From the NCBI GenBank assembly GCA_036172245.1, contig JAYWIR010000005.1, positions 5,394,001 through 5,458,000 on the forward strand: a stretch of 64,000 bases of DNA, read 5' to 3'. Shown here piece after piece: positions 58,813-64,000 of the stretch. Made by a program: the position numbers and the translations under genes. Below the pieces are notes generated by a model. The model had not been told where the DNA came from, made no database searches, and saw only the letters and a program-made list of their open reading frames with translations. The stretch's first letter is position 1. Every line of letters begins with the position of its first letter. This stretch comes from Raillietiella orientalis (Eukaryota).

Positions 58813-60249
58813 ACCACCACCATCATCAGCGATGTTATCGTCGTCCTCATCCTTTCGTTTTGGCAGAGTACGCGATCTTTATCTCAGACCCCAGCTTGAT
58901 CCTCCGCCTCATCTCTCCCCTCACAAATGGATACATTGCTTGTGGTCCATGAGGAAGAAGAGACTGAACGAATGGAGGCTCTCTATGCCACCGCACCTCC
59001 CGTTTCCATGGAGTCCATCTACGCTTCGAGAACAAGGCGACGACCTGCAACCATCTCCCCCCCCCCCCGCCTGCATCCATTGCTATCTTCCGAGGGGATT
59101 GTGGCTGCTGCACTGGAAGGAGAGAGAGAGGAAGAGGAGTTCCAGCAGCATCCTGGAGGAGGAGGGGCGGAGCCGGGATCGGAATTGCAGCACCAGGCAG
59201 CCGCCTCAGGCTGGATTTTCCGGTGCCAGGTGGGGATCCGACCGGCAGAAATTCCGGGGCAACGGGAGAGAATACGAGCCGGAGGGTAAAGAGCACGCCC
59301 CTCCGTTCCTCCTCCAGAGGTGCCGCAGCCGGACAGGGCCAGGTGAGTGGAGGCGGCGGCGTCCCTGCAGGGGGAAGGGGATTCCAGGGAGGCAAGTCGG
59401 CACCTGGCGCAACGCGGACGCCGCAGGGACGAAATCGAGCGAAGAGGTCCCGACCGGAGCGGCGAACTCGTTGGGCGGGAACAAGGGTCACAGGGGGTCC
59501 TTCCCTCTCTCTTCTTCTCCTCCTCCTCCACGAAGAGGTCATTCCAGGAAGGAATCTTCTGCCGTAGCCATGGTGGAGACGGTTCCTTCCTCCCAGCGGT
59601 TGCAGCAGCCCGAGCAGCACTCGAGGGAAGAATCCCGGGCAGCGGTTGATCTGAGAGACCGGTCCACGGGAGCCTCGCGAGGACTTAGCAGCTGACAGCC
59701 CATCCCCGAGCTGAGAAAGGGGTTCTCCTCCCCCTTCCCCATGTCCTTGGGCTCCTCCCCGACTTCTCCCGGGAGGAGCTCCCCCTTGTGCGCGCCAAGG
59801 GATTGGGGGGCGAAGAAAGGCAGAGGCATCTCCCTGAGTAAGGAATCCACTCCTCGCCGCCCTTGACCCTGCCTACGCAAGGGTGCTTCCTCGAAAGAAC
59901 GAGGAGCCGAAGGAGAGGCTCGAATTGGCACCTCCCTGGATTCCTTTCTTCCTCTTCGTGGGCGCTCTTCTGTGAAGAGAGACCGCGATGGACCGGTGGA
60001 CCTGTCCGAGTCCCGCCTCACGACCTCCTATCTTCGCAGGCTACACCCATCTTCTCTCTCCCAGGCGTACCTACAGGGCAAGCGCAGCCATCCCAGTCTG
60101 GAGGGAGTCGCCGAAACCGCTCCCGACCCACTCTCGGAGTCCCTCCCCTTCGAGTTGGTCCCATGAGGGGTGCTAAGAGCAGCGAGGGCGCAGATGTCCC
60201 CTTCCTTCCTCTCGGGGATCTCCGAAGAATCGACCGAGAGGCGTCTGCC

Positions 60250-63100
60250 GCACGGGAATCCACAGGAGGCCTCCATGCTTCCTCCGTCCACGTCAGCCAG
60301 TGGACGCGGAGGCTGCGCCTCCGAAGACCCAGGGGGTCGACCCTCCCCTGCTTTGCTTCCACTCGGTACCTCCATGCCCTACAAGCGTACCACCAGATCG
60401 GGGAGTCTCCGCAGAAGGAGCCACAGGGTGTCAACAAGGGCACGTCCTTTCCACACCCGCCGCCGATCTCTCGCCCTCTCCGCGTTTCCCCAAAGCCGAC
60501 TCTTCGCGCCCCATCTCGGAAGGAAGGACTCCTAAGGAGCAGGAGCGGAGTCTTCCGGGGCGTGTCGGCTGCAAGGTGGGCAGCTACCGGCGATGTTTCC
60601 CCCGAAGTCACGTCCTTCTGCGATCGGCTTCTCCGTGCGCGCGCCCTCCGGCCACAGTCCATCTGCTGCGAGGCCACTCCGGTCTCCCTGCTCGCTTTCG
60701 ATCTCCAGGGAGCCTTTCGAGACCCTTCTTTCCGAGGACCGGACTCGAGGAAGACCCGGGAGGACTGGGCAAGCTGGGAAGCAAGGGGGCCTGGAATCGT
60801 CCCAACTGCCTCCTTGGGAGGGCAGGATCCCGGAAGCACGCTCGGGCGTCCCTCTTCCATTTCTCCCCCCCACTGTTCTTCCCGAGCCTCCTTCCGTTTC
60901 TACCGTTTCATTCCCTTCCCCGGAAAAGGAAGAGGTTCCCCCTCCGATCTCACACTTACGACCGACGAGGGAGGGCGCCACCCAAAGCAGCGGGGAAGGT
61001 GCGGGAGGAGGCGGCGTAAGAAGCAGCCTCCTCCCTGCACTGGACCAGAGGCGGGAACTAGGAGCGACGGGCAATATCGCAGGACTGCAGGGAGTCTGGT
61101 CCGAGTTTCCTCTCTTGCTGCCTACTCCGGGGGTTGTCCCTGGGACTACGAGTTGAGTCGCTCGCTTGTCTTTCGAGACCAGGTCTGTTTCCCGGAGACG
61201 GGATGCTGGGAAAGCTGGAAGAGCGAGCCCGTGTCCCCCCTCTCTCTCCTCCTCTTCCTCGACGCAACACCCCCCGGCGCCCTCGAAAGAGCTCACTGGA
61301 GCAGGAGCGACGATCCCAGAGGATACGGAGACGCTTCGCTTCCGAACAGGGAAGATCCCTTGGATCCACGCACCTGAGGGGATGACCACGGCAGACGACG
61401 GACTTTCCTCTGATTCCTCCTCCTCCTCCCCCCCCCTGCATGTGTCGGCTTTGGAGGACGCCTCGAAGCCAAAGAGGAATCATCCATTTCCTTCCTCCTT
61501 TGTCGCTGGAGATGGAAAGCTCTGTGGAGCGTCTCACATCTTGCGGAGCCGCGCGCGAGCAGCACTACAGGGAAAACTCGACGCCTGCAGGCGAAACGCG
61601 CGGGAAAGGATGCGGCTGCGTCCGGTCATCGTAAGGGTCCAAGGAAGGGAAGGGAGGTGGAGGTTCCTAGCGGCGTCGAATCGTGGTTCCGACGCTCGGA
61701 GATGCACTCCTCTCGACCCTCTTTCCCGCTCCCCTTCCTGAAACCGGCTACCCCCGACCAGCCGGAAGGACACGCTGCTGCTTCGACAAAACTGGAAGTT
61801 ACGGGAAGGGTGAGGGGAAGAGGAACGAGTCACGGGGACGACGACGCGCGCACGGACAGAACTGCCGCGAGCCCGCAGGAAAGCGGGAAGTCGCGAAAGG
61901 GCAGGCCCGGGGACAGAAACGGAGGCATCGCGCGAAAGCAGCCTCCTTGTTAACCTGGACCAACCGCCTCTCTTGCCCCCCCCCCCCTCTCTTTGACTTC
62001 TACTGACACGAGGGTGAGCGCGCCGCTGGGTCAGCAGTCCCTCCATCGAAAAGCGACGGGGCTTTCTGCTGGGTCCACTAGCTTCCCTAACAGAATTTCC
62101 TCCCCTATCCGCAAGAGGGACAGCAGTGCTAGGAGCATCCGATCGAGTGCCGATCATCTCCCGTGATCAGGGACAACGAAGTCACGGAAAGAAGGGGAAG
62201 GCGACGAGGTTCTGAGAACCAGAGCGCCCCCGCCTCCAGCCGAGACCCCACGATGCGGTGGTGCTGCCGTCATCACCACCGCGGAAGACACCGAGAGATG
62301 GAAGATGCTGCCGCGACCTTGAGATACGTCTCCAGAAACGAGTGGGGCTCCATGGGACTGCCCGCTGCTGCACTCGGCTATCCCACTTTTGTTCCTCTTA
62401 CCCCTCGAAGAGAAGACGAAGAGAAGGGATGGGGGCGATGGTCCATTCGTTCCTTCCTTCTCCCTCCGTCTTTTACTCTCTCTCCCTTGAGCACGAGGAG
62501 AGCGTATGGTTTTTGATGGGTGCAAGAGCCGAGTCCTCTGGCGAGCAGTGAATCTCCGAAAACCCAGTACGAGGGAGGGGGCGACAGAAACAGGAAAAGG
62601 GAAGGGGAGGAGGGCGAAAAGCTGAGATGACGATGATCGCGAACCATTCTGAACGGCCCGGATACTTGCCAGGGTGGACGCCGAGAGGCGGAGGAACCGC
62701 AAAGCTGCCCAGTCCGGCTTCACCCTGCTGGGCAAAGAAACTCCCCGCGTTCTCGAGGCAAGTGAAAAGTCTGGGAAAAGTCACGCTCGCGTCCGGGAAC
62801 ACGGAGCAGTGCCAGCTCGGCGAGGAGGGCGGCGCAGTGCGCATGCGCGCATCCCTTCCTTGCCTCGTTTTTCGGGATGGGGAAAAAAAGGTGGAAGAGG
62901 GCTCCTCCCGATTCCTCCCCGAGCAGGATCAGGAGGGCGCAATGCTGCCTGCTTAGCCTGCCCGGCTCGCTGCTCGAAAGAGGGCTCCGACGTTCCCTTC
63001 GGCGCGCTTTGGCCAAACGGGTTGGCCGGCGGAAATCCGCGAGCCGACCAGGGGGGGGATTCGGAGCTTCGGCCTTGCTCCGGAGGCCACGGGCTGCTTG
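60250..63100 (+). mobile_element. Decayed L1/Tx1-like LINE ORF2 (RT and downstream remnants; boundaries approximate)
   Basis: Ordered degenerate motifs 'PKTQGVD' (cf. KSPGPDG), 'RPLRVS' (cf. RPISL), 'LLAFDLQGAF' (cf. DLEKAFD), 'FTLLGK' (cf. LS..GK/R) and 'PRADQGG' (cf. P..GGLG). Confidence 0.45.
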
Positions 63101-64000
63101 CGAAAGTCACCGACAGGAAGATGGCGCATTCTGATCGAGTCTGGAGATTTGAATGCACCTGCGGGGAATGACGAATGAACTTCTTGGGAGCAGTGAGGAG
63201 GCCTCCAGAAAGCGCCCTCCCTCGTGGAAGCTCCAATCCCGACCGCGTTCGAACTCGGGTGGGCCCATCTGCTGCCTCTGCCTCTTGGCGATTGCAACAC
63301 CTCGCCAACACCCCTCTTTGTCTCTCGTCTTGTCCGCGAGGAGACCTTGGTCTTCCGTCCGGGGAGAGTGCAGACCTTTTGCAGGAGCCGGTGAACACAC
63401 TGGCCTTAGCCGCGCGTGCGCGCGTCCCTACAGATAGCCTTCCCTGCTTTCCTATGCAAGAGCAGAAACTCCAGCTTCTCCCTCTTTCCTCCCCTTCCTC
63501 CCTCTTGTCAAAGGCACGAGCGACGCTGGATGCTTAGCGACCTCTTCCTGGCAACGGTCACATCCCGTTGAGTCGACTAGAGTATCTGCGAGCGACCCGG
63601 GAGAAAATGCATTTGGAACTCTCATCCTCGGATACTTGACAAAAACCGTTATCGTCTCCACACAATACTGGGGACGCGCTTCAGGGAGCTCCCATCTGTG
63701 GGGGGTGGGGTAGGGAGCCGATCATCCGGGAAGAGACCTCCCAAGCTTCACGCTCGATTCCTTACCAGCGTTGTCTGTGTAGGCACTTCGTGGTTGGCGC
63801 CTCTGTTTCCGTTGTTTGAGGACGTCCTCCCTTTCCTCACCCATCCCAACTCCCGAGCGGTTTCTGAAGCATCCCCAATTCTCGGTTTATCCTCTGCCAC
63901 TCCGACTGCGGTCCAGGAGAAAGTAAAATTTCCTCACGGAGGGTTCTCACCTTTCCGTGTGATCCGTCAGATGGTTGCTGTCAGAAGCGACCCAGAACAA

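Noticed and set aside
59863..61377. 504-aa ORF as a novel gene
   Set aside because: Low-complexity Arg/Pro/Ser-rich frame in GC-rich DNA. The only recognisable parts are decayed RT motifs.
1..64000. CRISPR array, prokaryotic operon, tRNA/rRNA or hammerhead ribozyme
   Set aside because: No regularly spaced repeats and no gene-dense layout. CTGATGA hits (~23395, ~26964) lack the downstream GAAA and stems. No tRNA or rRNA recognised by eye.

Overview
Eukaryotic DNA, probably arthropod: the histone H2B pseudogene has an arthropod-type N-terminal tail. The first ~11 kb is AT-rich by eye. It holds a decayed Ty3/gypsy remnant, one plausible intact intronless gene (a 90-aa GFRP-fold protein, 4239-4511) and a Tigger/pogo-like MITE. 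From ~11.9 kb onward the window is GC-rich and mostly decayed L1/Tx1-clade non-LTR retrotransposons on both strands; nearly all long ORFs in the supplied track are fragments or shadows of these. Between 41976 and 51185, target-site duplications (TSDs) resolve a nest of five insertions, apparently inside an older LINE. The main result is a shared 3' terminus in this LINE group: AATAAA, then a CG...TG-closed stem-loop, then only 2-5 mostly A bases. It is seen in six copies with conserved or covarying stems and variable loops; one copy is a 24-bp insertion of the hairpin alone. A separate short TSD-flanked element (two copies) ends in a structurally analogous hairpin, suggesting a hairpin-recognising LINE with a non-autonomous partner. 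All homology calls are by-eye motif recognition; no database search was run.
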